Source: Vicugna vicugna (Eukaryota). From it: a stretch of 64,000 bases of DNA. Position 1 is the stretch's first letter, and every line of letters begins with the position of its first letter. Position numbers and translations under genes: made by a program. Positions 13,720-26,875 of this stretch are shown here, piece after piece. The notes below the pieces were generated by a model. It searched no databases and was not told the origin of the DNA. It saw only the letters and a list, made by a program, of their open reading frames with translations. The stretch spans positions 2,356,001 through 2,420,000 of the forward strand of contig MU058000.1 in the NCBI GenBank assembly GCA_013265495.1. The letters run 5' to 3'.

Positions 13720-14240
13720 GTGAGAAATGCAGATATAGAACATGACAGCAACTCTTGGTACATAGTATAGTACAAACCCCATAGAATTGTTTATTCTTTC
13801 CCATCATTATCTTGTCTATTTTTTGGCACCTTGTTTTTCATATGAATTTGAGGAATGCCTTGTTGAGTTCCAAGAAAAATAATGTGTTTTTATCATTGTA
13901 ATTTTATTGAATTTATAGATTAATTTGGGTAGAAATGGCAGCTTTACAACTCACTGTCATAGTATATCTCTTCATTTATTTACATCTCTTTTTATGCCCT
14001 TCAATAATGTTTTATAAATTTTTGCCAAGAATTTACAGTTTTGTTTTGTGTTTTTCTAGTAACATTATGCACTTCTTGCTATTGGAAATAGGATTTTTTT
14101 AAATTTACATTTTCTAATTTGTATCTCCTGGTATATGGGAATCCAGTGTTTTTATGTGAATCATGAGCTAAAGTGCTTGTAAAATTTTTTTTAAATTATT
14201 GAATTTTACTTTAAACTATCTAGGATTTTATATAGGTGGT
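13720..14240 (-). mobile_element. Old LINE-1 ORF2 fragment (L1ME-like)
   Basis: ttcatatgaatttgagg...ttgttgagttcc...attgaatttatagattaatttgggtagaaatggcagctttacaa...ctcttcatttattt are antisense L1 ORF2 motifs. Confidence 0.7.
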
Positions 14241-15156
14241 CATTATAAATGAAGTTGTTATTGAATAATTAATAAGATTATTTAAATAAAATTGTTATCC
14301 TCTTCCAGCCACGTTTTTTTTCCTTCCTTTTAATACATGTTGCCAATGTTAAATCTTCAATAAAAGAATGGATTAGCCATTAATTCATCAATCATACTAT
14401 AATGGATGTACAGAAGTCATAGAAAAATGCAGATTTTCCATGCTATGAGTATGCTGCATGCAAAATTGAACTTCAGTTAGATTTTATTTTTGAAATTGTC
14501 ATCCTTTCTCTGTCCTCAAGTCAACTCTCTTAATTCTATTTCAGGCAATCAAGTTGCTAGTGGGATATTTTTATTACTGCTAATCTCTGTTCTCTCTGAA
14601 AATCTTGCCTTTCTTCAAATCTGACCTACTCTTTGTCCCCCAGCTCACATCCCACCTACTCTCACAAACTTTTCTAATGTCCTCAGACCAAGGTTCTTGT
14701 TCTCTTTTGAATTTCCACAGCAATCAATACAATAAGAAAATGAAAAAAGTTAAGATACCGAACTAAAATCTTCAGAACGAAAATGTGAGGAATGTTGGGG
14801 AAAATATAATGGTGTGTGACAAGGGAAGAGAAAAGAGAGATGGGTGTGGACATAGAGAAGGAAAAGTAATAAAGCCGACTAAAGGAATGTGGCTAAGGGG
14901 TCAAAATGGCCCCAGGTAAAACACATCAAAACTGACTTATTACATGTGAGATAGTTTACGTGTGGTTTTTGTGTGTATTGAGCTCTGTTCCCTCTGTGGC
15001 AGGACATTAGAATTCCTTCCTTTTCATGTGAACTGTGGTGTGTTTCACTGCTGTCATAAATTAGATTCACTACCTTGTGTTTCTGGCAAGGCTTTGTGAC
15101 CACCGTAAATTCTATTTCAAATCCCCCCAAAACCCTACAGCTTGGTGGCCTCGATA

Positions 15157-15264
15157 TTTATACATACGTATATATAAAAAGCCATACATATGTGTATACG
15201 TATACATATGAATTATATATACATATACATTTATAGACATATTTATGTCTATGCACATATATGC
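15157..15264. repeat. Low-complexity (TA/CA)-rich repeat
   Basis: tatacatacgtatatata...catacatatgtgtatacgtatacatatg... Confidence 0.8.
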
Positions 15265-16546
15265 AAAGGCATTTCTGATATAAGGGTAATTGATTTGGAA
15301 GATATTTCTGGAAATATGTCAACTCCACTAACTTTTATTTTGAAACTTTTAACAGGAGATTACGCTCAATCATATTAAATAGATTCTGGAGAAATATGTA
15401 TTTTTTTCATCCTGATGGAAACAGGTTATTTTAGTTATGTTTTAAAGAATATAGTTTAAAAATATTCAGAGGGTTAAATGTGAACCCTCAAATAAAGGAA
15501 AATCATGACTAAGTGATGAATCTAATAAAAGAGAAGCCAGAATTTCTCTCATTCCTTCATCCTCTTGCTTGTTAAGCCAAACCCTGTTGTTTGATTTGTG
15601 CTCCGACTTCATTTCTGTCCTTATTTAAGTGAAACCTTACGACACAAATGCAATTTGAATTTCATCTGCAAACCAAAGCCACCAGAGGAGAAAAAAGTGG
15701 TCTGTCACATTCCCGACAGCTCTGATTTAAGGGTCTACTGGCTCGTACTTTTTTTTTTTTCTTCCTTTATTTTAATTTCCTGGCTAGAAACTGGCATTTT
15801 CCCACTTACTTCATTCCCCCTTTGTTATATTGGCACATTTAATACATAAAACAGTAGCCACAGCTTTAAGACATTCATTTTCATTTAATGCTAAATCTTT
15901 AAGAGTAGAGATATTAAGTTCCAAATTTGCTGATAAATGATATATTATAATTCTGAAAGCTAGGAAAACTTTAGAATAATTTCTCAAATTTCATAAGTAT
16001 ATTCTTTATTTGGAAAAATATGAAAAATCTCAAGGTCGAGCTCAATTTCCTTTTTTCCGCCTTTTCTTTTTTTCCTTATTCGATTCCACAGCACTGTAAG
16101 AAATTCCTTCTCACATCTTAGCCTTTTAAGTTTAAGATGCAGAATTTGCGCACTAATGCAAATAATGCAGTTTAGAACCCTGTTTTTTCCCTAATTTCCT
16201 GGGGAAAGTTAGTTTACATTTATATTCCTTTGCGAGCTAGTAGACGTGGATGCTTCTCTAGAGGAGACAACATGCCTTGTCCCATATTCTAAAAGGTAAA
16301 GTTTCCAAATTGCCTTTTAAAAATTTTTTTTAAAAGTTTAGCTGTGCTACAATTTTCAACTTCTTCCCTGACAAGTCCTCTGCTGACAGCAAGGCCATTC
16401 ATGGAAGGGATCTTAGATAGTAACCATGCATTACAAAAACTCTCTAATTTTGAGATATAAATAGACTGGTTGATGTTCCTTAGCCCCTGGGTGCCAGTTT
16501 CAGCAATTCCTACAGTACAGTTTTTACAAAGGACAACATCCGTCAC

Positions 16547-17303
16547 TTTTTAGTTTTTTTAGAGGAGTTTGAGAGTCATAGCAAAATTAAGAGAAAAGTA
16601 CAGAGACGGCCACTGTCCCCCCACCCCCACGATGCATGCTCTCTCCAGTTATCAGCATTCCCTTTCAGAGTGGTACCTTTGTTACAATAGATGAACCTAC
16701 GCTGACACATCCTAGTCACCCAATGTCCACAGTTTACGTGAGTTCACTAAGCTTTCTATATTCTATGAGTTTGGACAAATGTATAATGACATCTGTCCAT
16801 CACTATAGTATCATACAGAGAGTATTTTTATTGCATTAAAATCTTTCATACTATGTCTATTCACCCTTCCCCTTCCCCCAACCCTGGCAACCACTATTTT
16901 TTTTTTTAAACTGCCTTCTTAATTTTGCCTTTGCCAGAATGTCGTAGGGTCAGAATCATACAGCACATGCCTTTTCAGATTGGCTTTTCTCACTTAGTAA
17001 TACTTGCACATTTAAAGCTCCTCCACATCTTTCCATGACTTGATAGCTCATTTCTTTTTAGTGCTGAGCATTCCATTGTCTGGATGTGCCACCATTAATT
17101 TATCCTTTCACCGACTGAAGGACCTCTCAATTGCTTCCAAATTCTGGAAATTATGGATAAAATTGACATAAACGTCAGTGTGCAGGTTTTGGTACAGGCA
17201 CAAGTTTTTGACTCCTTTGGGTAAATACCAAGGAGGGCAAATGTTGGATCATGTGATAAGAGTATGTTTAGTTTTATAAGAAACCACCAAACAGTCATCC
17301 AAA
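16547..17303 (-). mobile_element. 5'-truncated LINE-1 (L1MC-like 3' UTR plus ORF2 C-terminus)
   Basis: ORF 17095-17298(-) reads TVWWFLIKLNILLSHDPTFALLGIYPKE...WKQLRGPSVGERIN, the L1 ORF2p C-terminus. The 3' UTR motif cagagtggtacctttgttacaatagatgaacctac is present, with a T-rich tail at the left end. Confidence 0.9.
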
Positions 17304-17859
17304 TATATCAATCATTTTAAAATAATGATTTTTTTTCTTAGTAGTCAATAGCTTTTATTCTTTATTTTTCCACAATAGTGTAGTGAGTATCTGGAAGTCA
17401 TTCCCGCACTGGAACAGGGAGCAATACTTTGTGTACAGAAGTGACTATGAATCACACAAATATTTTCCACTAAACTCAAACTAAATGTATCCCCACCTTA
17501 TATAATGTTTGTTTTTCTGTTTTTATTCTCCTACAACTTTAGCAACATGTACAATGTTTCGTTATGTTGAATGACCATTTGAACTTTCTTTTTCTGTGTG
17601 CAAATGCTTTTCTTTTTTAAAGAGTTCTTTATGCTAATGATACCCATATCTTTTCATGCTGTGGCAAATATTTTCTAATTATTCAAGGCTTACTCATATA
17701 ACTAATTTTATTTGTCATCTGGGCCATAGTGAGCAAACTGTTTGGTCAAACACCAGGCTAGATGTTACTATGATAGTCATTTTGAGATGTGATTAAAAGA
17801 AGAGTTAATTACAATACATACTTGGACTAATGCACTTTTTTTCAGCCGTGCAGTGTCTT

Positions 17860-18020
17860 AGGTTTTTACAAATCACATTTGCACACTCATTAATTCTATT
17901 GAACTTCAGGACTATTCTGTAAGCTAGACTGGATGGCTTCTCTCTTTTTACAGATACAGAAACATCTCAGAGAGGAGAAATTAAGTTAGAGTCACACAGC
18001 AAATAGATATTAGAACTAGC
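17860..18020 (-). mobile_element. MIR SINE fragment
   Basis: tttttacagatacagaaacatctcagagaggagaaattaagttagagtcacacagc. Confidence 0.6.
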
Positions 18021-19329
18021 ATTTTCCATAATTTACTTAGTGTAAAAAAGTTATTACACATTGCTTAATTCTTAAGTAATATTTCCCATAGATTATTTAT
18101 GAGTCAAATAATTATCTGTACTCTGCTATGTCTGTAGGGCTCCACGTGGTGTATAAAAAGTGGTTTAAGGTTCTGGCTTCATAACTGCCTGTAGATCTTT
18201 AATATATAAGCATATAGAATGGCACAGTCTGGAGTTCTAAGCTGCTAAATAAAAATCAAAGGCAATACTTTATAATGTAGTTGCACCACAATTCATTTTC
18301 CCTCCAAAAAAAGAAATAACATCATTGGGAGAAGACTGGAATGCTGGAATGGGAGAAAAAAGTTACCAATCCAATTTAAAATAGCAGAATAAAGGCTGTC
18401 TTGCAGTGAAGATAACAAAGTCATGCTTCCACTAAAATTTATTAAGCGTCTTGAGAATTAATAACGAGGGCAGTGTTAAAAATTGACATATAAAAATTTT
18501 GCAATAATAATTTGCATGGAAATACTGATTTCATGAGTCTTTTTTATTGTATTGAATGGTTTCTTACATACATAATAAATCTGGTATTCGAGTTTGGATT
18601 CAAGTCTCAATATTTATTTTCCCTTTCCCCTAATTAAATGTCATGTCTACTTGAGGCAAGACATAATTACCAGTGATTTCTATTAAATGTCTTCATCATA
18701 ATGTTGAATAAAAAAGCGATACTTTGAATCTTTCTGCACTAACACAGCACCTACACACTGCTTTTTTACAAGTCTTAATTTTGAGTTGCAGTGTATAATA
18801 TTTCGCATATTTAACCACAAATTACTTAATGTTTTCTGGGTGCTTATCTGGAAATGTCTTTCTTTTGTTTAGCGAGAAAAAGGAAGTTCAATATGATCCA
18901 ATTTATTTGCAGAGTTACTGAATCATGTTTTCTTTGGACACATTATCTATGCTCCAATTAAACAGGCAATGGTTTGTACATTGAGTGCTTGATCACTTTC
19001 GAATTGTCAATTGGGATGTGAATATTCTATGCCTATGCCTCTTTTTTGCATCTTTTCTAAATTCACAAAATAATTTCAATGAATTTTTAACATAAGGAAT
19101 TATAAGTTTAGTGGAATACCTTCACAGCTTATAACTGAACTTAACTCTATCAGTGAAAAGGAAGTACTTACTATTTGGGAGATATAATTTTCCAGTCACT
19201 TAGTAAATGACCTTCTCCATTGAGCTCACCATCCATGCACTCATCAAATATTTCTGAAATAACCATTAAGTGTTTATAAGTCACAGTGAATGTTATAGAT
19301 TTAAAAAAAAAAACTTAAGGTACAATTAG

Positions 19330-19760
19330 ATTTGGCACAATTGTGAAAAGATCTGCTGAAATGAAGGTTGGAAGAACTAAAGGATCAGAGAAGGAGATGC
19401 TAACAAGTCAATTAGAGAAACCAGACTCCTTCAGGCACCGAAGTGGGAGGAGGAAAGTCATGGGGAAGTCTATGGGAAACTGTGGGCCTTCCTTCTGTAG
19501 CTACCACTTCTTAAGTCTACGGTTAATCACCTGGGGATGGTCCTAGGTTTGCTGTGTTCAACTGGGCTAGCAGTTAGAAATAAGAGCTAGATCAGGAGCA
19601 GAGGAAACTGATGACAGATAGAAACTTGCCAGGCATCTTTAAATTTGATTATCACCACATTTGACTAGGATGATTTTGCAAGTAATGGTGGCTGCTTCAC
19701 TCTGCCTCTTAAACTTGCCTTAGATTCCACTGTTGACTAATTCTGACCCCAAACCATTAT
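19330..19760 (-). mobile_element. Probable old ERVL-class LTR
   Basis: ggctgcttcactctgcctcttaaacttgcc...aattctgaccccaaacc and purine-rich body resemble old ERVL LTRs. Family uncertain. Confidence 0.35.
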
Positions 19761-19848
19761 GAACTTCCTCCATTAAAATTGTTTTATGTGTGAGATAAAA
19801 ATGATCATCTTCAACGAGTTTAATAGTTTGTTGTTTTTACTCATACCT

Positions 19849-20300
19849 TATTTTAGATTAGGTTCTCCAGAAGCAATTTCTAAAAACAAGATTTGAAAGT
19901 GATTTGTTAAGAAGTGTTCACAGGAAAACCTGGAAAGGAAGTAGGAAAAAAGAACCAGGAAAGGAAAGAGGTCAAGGAGGTATGTGATATCACACAAAAT
20001 CCTGCGATGGCTCAACCTTGGAGGGGAGCTTTGAGAAAGTATAGTTCATATGTCCAGGTGGTCCTGATTAAGGGCAAAGGAGCTGGGGTATTTATAGCTC
20101 CACCTCAATCAGATATTTGTTAAGGAATTCTTGTGGAAGGAATGTAATATAACAGATTTTCCACATTTATATAAACCCAGGAAATATGTACTCTGAAAAT
20201 TTGAGGCCAGTGTTCTAACAAAGAGAGACATGGTTGTTCCCACTGGTACTGAAGGCACAGAGGGACTCAGCGTGCATGAAAATGGCAACCAAACCCATGG
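19849..20300 (-). mobile_element. Old ERVL LTR (LTR16/LTR33-like)
   Basis: ttagattaggttctccagaagcaatttctaaaaacaagatttgaaagtgatttgtt...caggaaaacc...caggaaaggaaagaggtcaa...ggagctggggtatttatagctcc. Confidence 0.55.
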
Positions 20301-21534
20301 AGAAATGGACAGAACATCTTCTACATGAATGACCCTAGCCCTAAATAACACATCCACTGGTATCTTAAGTAATCTAAGGTACCTACATAAAGACAAAGAT
20401 GAAGTAGTAACAAAAGGGAAAGAAAAAGTATTTTTCATTAAAAGTTATTACACATTCTTTCTGATTCCCATCATATTCTTGAATATGTCTATAAAAAAGA
20501 AAAAGAAGTAGAGAACAGTGGCCTGGATGAGAGCAGAAAAGTTACCTGCAAATGAACTGAACAGACTTCAGCAGTTCAAGTGAGGAAGTGTACACCCTAC
20601 TTTACCAGTTGTATCATCTGCAGCCTCCACATACTCTTAGAGCTGCCATTATGATCCCAGAGCAGTGGCTATTTTTGGGTCTCTGAGCACCTGAATATAC
20701 ACACATCTTCACATAATACAATTTGATAGTTCATCTTCACACAAGTCAATCTGATAATTTGATCAGTTATCACCAGTCCTTGAGGAAAAAGGAAAAAGAA
20801 GTCTAAAAGGGATCCTTGACAGTTCCCATTTGCCATTCATTAACAGCATAGTAATTTTGTTGATTGACCGCGATTATTATAAAAGATAACATTCTGCTAA
20901 TACAGGACACTGCATTCAAAACCAGACAAAAACTCAACATACTAATTAGATTAAATGTGAAAGTGGAATTGGATACTCTTATGAAGCATATTTTAGCTTT
21001 TAAGGACTGACTTTATAATTGCTGCTTTCATCTAAGTAATTTGTTCTGTCAAATCTCTTAAAAAGTGTAAAATTTCTAGATACAATCAAAATTGGTTTTT
21101 CTAGTGGTGATGGACTGAGGCTTTACTAACACTATACATCATTTACTTATAAAGAGAAATTGCTACATCAAAGCACATTTTGCCTTAAGCAGGACTGCCC
21201 TAGAAGATGAAATATATAAATACATATTAATTTTGATAATTGTCTATAACTATATCTCTGTTATATCTATGTATAAATATAAGATGGATTATCTCATATA
21301 TTTAAAATATTTCATTGGTAAATATTTTAAAAGGTATATATGAGAAGGTCTCTCTAAAAGATGACATTTTACTCATCAGCAAATGTGATCTATGCTCAAT
21401 ATCTAAGTACAGTTCCTACAGGTACGAAGTTTATTTACAGAAAATGTAGTTGTATGGCCTTTGTCCAAGCAGACTTATGTATGTACATGTGAGGATAAAC
21501 AGCCAAAATTTATTTATACACGTTGGAAAAATCT

Positions 21535-21883
21535 ATGTCTCAGTCTGTTTGAGCCGATATAACAGAATACAGCAGAATGAATGGCTGATAAACAGCAGAA
21601 ACTTACTTTTCATGGTTCTAGAGGCTGAGAAATCCAAGATCAAGGTGCTGGCAGATTCAGTGTCAGGTGAGGGCTGGCTTACTTGTTCATAGATTGCCAT
21701 CTTCTCGCTGTGTGCTCCTAAGACAAAGGGCCACTCTCTGGGCTCTCTTTCACTAATCCCATTCACAAGGGCTCCGTGCTCATGACCTAACCACCTCCCA
21801 GAGGACCCCCCTTCAAATGCCATCACACTGGCGATTAAGTTCCAACATATGAATTTTGAGGTGACTCATTCAGTCTCTAACAA
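21535..21883 (-). mobile_element. MaLR LTR, MLT1A0-like solo LTR
   Basis: tgtctcagtctgtttgagcc...gttctagaggctgagaaatccaagatcaaggtgctggcagattcagtgtcaggtgagggc...ccaacatatgaattttg...cattcagtctctaaca. Confidence 0.92.
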
Positions 21884-22439
21884 CATATAAGTATGTATTA
21901 CGTGCTGTATTATTTCCCTTTAATGACACACAATTTAAGAAGTTTCAAGTTTGTTAGATTAATGTAATTTACCTTGAAGCAGTTAAGTTCTTTATTGAGA
22001 TTTTAAAAACGAATTTGTAGAAAAAGTCATATATCCAGATATCTAAGGATTTATAACATGTTAGGAAATCCAATGGCAAAATTAAGATTATATATCAAAG
22101 TATTCATGTTATAAATGTCAAATATTTGGATGTTGTGAAACAGTCAGAAAACCAACACAAATTAACTTATTTCATTGTTATTTAGGGAGAGAGCTAATTT
22201 ACTTTTTTCAGAAGGTCTACATAGAATACGGGTTGGCATTCATTCTTTACATATATTCTTTCATTTAATGTTCATTAGAATATTGCTCTTTACTCACTAT
22301 AGATATTACAAATAGGATACAAAGTTTCAAGTTACTGTTTCTTCATGTTGGAGGCACAGTTTGAAATTATTTTAATCAGACTCCAAGTTTGGGATATTTT
22401 CCAACAAAAAAAATATTGATAACTCATTAATCCATTCCT

Positions 22440-23110
22440 TCCTCTCTCCTTCCCTCCCTTTGCTCCTTCCTTCAACAAATGTTTATTGAATGCTTATGAT
22501 GTGCCAGGCATTGTTCTGGGTAATGGCTAAAAAGACAATAACAACAACAAAGATAGTTGCACCTCCTTTCACAAAAAGAGGTCAGCTTTAATGGAGGAAA
22601 CAGATGGCCATTTAAAGATCAAGAAAAACTATTGTTCCAAAGTGCAGTGTGTACCTGGTTATGTCAAATTAGCACAGAACAGAAAGACATGCCCTATTCC
22701 CTGAAGACATGAAAAGCATCCCTATGGAAACGTGATGAACGAGGGGAATGGTGTATGGTTGGGCGTGGTGACAATCCAGGCAGACGAATTAGAAAATGCA
22801 GGGCCCCCGAGGCAGCCACAGCAAGGCACACTTGAAAACTGAGTGTCAGTGTGGAGATCACAAGGGAATGGGTGATGGGAGATGCAGTGGGGAAGAGCAG
22901 CGAGGATCCTCTAACGCCGGCTTTAAATGACATACTATGAATTTTTGCCTTTATCTTATGAAAAATGAAGTACTTTAAGTGGTTCAGGCTAAAGGAGAGA
23001 GTTTGATTTTTAAATTGCTGCTTTTTACATGCCCTTGAGATATCCAAATAGAGGTATAGACTTGTCAGCTAGATAGATTATTTTGGAGATCTTAAAAGAG
23101 GTATAGGATG
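22440..23110 (-). mobile_element. LINE-2 3' fragment
   Basis: ttcaacaaatgtttattgaatgcttatgatgtgccaggcattgttctggg is the reverse of the L2 3' terminus. It is followed by purine-rich L2 body. Confidence 0.8.
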
Positions 23111-23443
23111 AAACTTTCACAAAGAGTTAATAATATTGATGTATGTGACCAGAAATACATTTAATGTACACATATCAAAAAATGGTTTTGGTAAGTATAC
23201 CTGTTGTGTGCCAAGAGACATAACTGTGAGGACTTGAGAGAAACAAACCAAGGAAAACACTTTCCTCACAGATGAATCAACAATTTTATATAGTTCTTAA
23301 TGTCTGAGCCAAGAATTTGAGCCAAGATCACAGAATTTAACGGGTTGTTAGTAATATATTTCTAATATGTCAGTCTTATATCTTACAAGATGTGTTGTTC
23401 AGCACTGAAAATAATATGAAGATGAATATATGTATGTTCTTAT

Positions 23444-23843
23444 AAAAAAATCAACTAAACACAAAAGAAGACAGTAATATAAAAAATGAAGGCCAAAAAA
23501 GTTATAAGGCATATAGAGAACAAATAGCAGAATGACAGAAGTCCCTCCATATCAGTAGTTACTTTAAATGTAAATAGTTTAAACTCTTTAATCAAAAGGC
23601 AGAGATTGGCAGAATAGATTAAAAAAAAATAAAACAATAAAAACATGATTCAGCTGTATGCTGTGTACAAGACAAGAGAGTTACAGTTAAATGAATATAG
23701 AGCTTCAGTTTTGAAGATGAAAAGAGTTCTGGAGATGGATGTTGGTGATGGTATGTATGTGTTTAATACCACTGAAATGATCACTTAAAATGGTTAAGAT
23801 AGTAAATTTTATGTTATGTGTATTTTACCACAACAAAAAAAAA
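23444..23843 (+). mobile_element. LINE-1 (L1MB-like): ORF2 start joined directly to the 3' UTR and poly(A)
   Basis: 23549 onward translates ISVVTLNVNSLNSLIKRQRLAE*IKK (ORF2p N-terminus). From about 23675 the L1MB 3' end follows: gaaaagagttctggagatggatg...cacttaaaatggttaagat...attttatgttatgtgtattttaccacaa + poly(A). Confidence 0.85.
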
Positions 23844-24378
23844 TTGGGGAAAAAAGAAATATAGTACTGATGTGTAATACTGCAAAATGGACAAAAAAAA
23901 AAAAAGAAAGAAAAGTAATGTTTGGAACATGCTTCACAGCACAGTAGTCTGTATGGTGATAGTTTAAAATCCATATGTTTATTTTACTATAATAACATTG
24001 TTAGTTAATATATAAATATATATCAGAGATCTATCTATATATTTATTTATCTAGCTATTTAATATCTATATGTAGAGTTTCATACATGGACATATATATT
24101 CTACAAAATATATATTTTGGAAAATATGCTTTTTAAAAGAAAAACCTAGTTCCATATACAGCGTCTAAGTATTCAAAATTGCCTAAAGGTGTGCTTTCAC
24201 TTGATGAGTACGACCAGAGATGTCAAAATAATTGCAATTTATTTATCCTATTAATATCATGTATGTTAAGTCACATTGTCAATTTAGTAAAATGTGTTGT
24301 CAGAGAATTCCATTTCTAGGATATTATAGATGATAATAGGCTAATGCTTCTGCTGAATCTACAGTAAGAAAGCTGGAT

Positions 24379-24452
24379 AATATATATATATATATGTGTG
24401 TATATATATATATATACATATTTGTATATATATATATATATACATATATACA
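24379..24452. repeat. Imperfect (TA)n microsatellite
   Basis: tatatatatatatatgtgtgtatatatatatatatacata... Confidence 0.95.
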
Positions 24453-24589
24453 TTTAAAGTAATCAGAGATCTCTGGATGAACTACCTTCTAGAAAGGGTA
24501 GAACTATTACAAGGTGAGCTAAACAGCACTGACCATTTTGCATTTATGAGGCATCTGGGATTTTAGGTCCAGGTAGGGAGCTGCTTCTT

Positions 24590-24747
24590 GAAATTGCTGC
24601 TTCCCTGCTACCTTCATGCTTCTGATTTACTTGTTGAGTTACCTAGTTAACAGTTTTATATCTAGTTAGCAAATTCTTTATATTAATTTCTCTCTGTTGG
24701 AAAAACTGGTGTGATTTCCATCTCCTAACTGGACTTTCACTAGGACA
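24590..24747 (+). mobile_element. 3' end of an ERVL-class LTR
   Basis: aaattctttatattaatttctctctgtt...aactggtgtgatttccatctcctaactggactttcactaggaca ends in CA, like ERVL U5 ends. Confidence 0.55.
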
Positions 24748-26875
24748 AGTGGAAATTTAATACATTGCATTTAAAATTAGGAATAGCGTAGAGTGAGGAG
24801 AGTCCTGGTAGGTTTCTGCAGATTTGCATATCCCCTACTGGGAACATTAGACTTCGGTCAAATTAACCACACCAAATAATTAGCATATATTTGCTCTTAA
24901 ATTTTCTTCTACAAATATTAAGCTGAACGTTAAGATTGTCACTCATTTCAAAGGCTGTTGTAGAAGTGATGCATTTTCAGGTGTGTTTGAGAGAATTGTG
25001 CAGTGATGTCAATAGGTGGCCCATTTTGTGGTGTTCTGGGTGTGAGGGAAATAAAGAAGGAAAATTTATAAGGAAGAAAGGCAGAAAAAAGCAATTCTAA
25101 AATTTAGATGAATGTATTAAATTAACATGTATATACCTTTTGAATCACATTCAAAGTAATACTATAACCATTTTAATGATTACACATTTCAATAATATTT
25201 ACTGGTCAATAATGTGATATACAATCAAAACAATATTCTGATACAGCAGGCTTCAGGAATGTGAATTTAATGTTTTTTTTTTAAGATTGCAGAATATAGA
25301 TACAGAAAATAGGAAAATATGAAGAATTTTCATTATATTCTATTTGCCTTTCCTTAGAAATAGTTTATGTAGGTTTTCCAAAAGGATATTTTTAAATCGT
25401 ATATTATTGACTTAATTTTTTTCTGTATATCCAATCTTTACAACAAAGAATGATTGCTGGATTTCTTCTCAATATTTAAAGTAGTCAAAGTTATCTGTCA
25501 CCTTTCCATTTTCTCCAAAAAATAATAAAAATTGTATTAAAGCAGCAGAAACCTACGAAGTAGAAATAAAATACGTTTAGCTGTGAAGACAGAGCACAGC
25601 AGCCAATTTTGGCATCCAAGTCACTGAGCTTTTCAACATATGTTCCAACAACTCATGACTTGTTACTTACAGAACAATTCACTTCACTCTCCCCATCATA
25701 AAAATGAAAACATATAAATCATTCATCATTCCAGATTTTCAGACATAAACCTGGAAACATCTGTGGCTTTTTGGTTCACTGTGCAATATTCCGACTAGTC
25801 ATTCAGTGACTTTTTTTTTTTTCTTTCAGTCCTGGAATCTGTTTTCATAAGAACTACTACCTGTTACCAACCTGAATATTTTGACAGAGTTTTCAGTTAC
25901 TTTTTTAGTTTTCCCTTGATAAGTTTTACTTTTTCCTCAGGACTTCTTAGCTAATGACAGCTATGACCTAACTGCAGTGAAAGCACCGGTGTGATATTTG
26001 AGGCTGTCACATCTGGCAGAGAAAAGGCTCCGCCACCAAAAATATGAACTATTTCATCACTGAAGAAAATGCAAGTTCTGCTATTGTAAACCGTGCTAAT
26101 GATATAAGATGATCTTAGTTTCAGTTTAGTTTTGTTTTTAATTTCTTAGTGATGGTGGTATTCACTGTTGACTGTCCCAAAGTCAGTGAGTAAATATATG
26201 CACAGAAAATTTTTGCATAATAAGAATAAAGTAGAGAATCTTATGATGGAAGTATTGGATGCAGGAAGAAGATGCTATTAAAAAGGGTAAAAATCCTTTT
26301 AGTAGCATTTCCTTTTAAAAAAAGACAGTCTTAAAGTTGGAATCTTAATGTGTTGAAGATAATATGCTACCATATGGTCTCAATTGGTTTTAAGGGTCCT
26401 GTTTTAATCAGCTATGTATTTTAAAAGAGCAAATCTGTATTAAACAGATAATGCCTTTAGATTTTCTCCATTATTTCTTCTCTCAAAGTCTTAGTGATAA
26501 ATCTGGTTGTCTTTCTTAATGAGGCATCCTGCAGCTTCAAATTTTAGTAAAGATTATCTAGCAAAAAAAAAAAAAAAGGAGGTAATCACAGGCCAGTATT
26601 TTTGTTTTTATTTGTCTTTTGTTTCCTGAGTCTCAAGTAGAAGCAAATTTTCCCCCAAAATGCAAACCGGAAAGAATAATCTTCCAGAAAGCCTTGATGA
26701 ATATTTTACTGTTTCACTCATACATTCAGTCCTTCAACAAACAAAACAGTTTAAAAAAAACACATGATAAGAGCTGAATTTAAAGGATGAAATCTTCCCT
26801 CCCTAAAGGAACTTACATTCCTAAAAAGAGAAGTGGCATGCAGTTGGCCGATAAATTATTATATGCATTAAAAGA

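Noticed and set aside
12912..13807. Three long ORFs (269-289 aa)
   Set aside because: They are artefacts of translating through the N gap.
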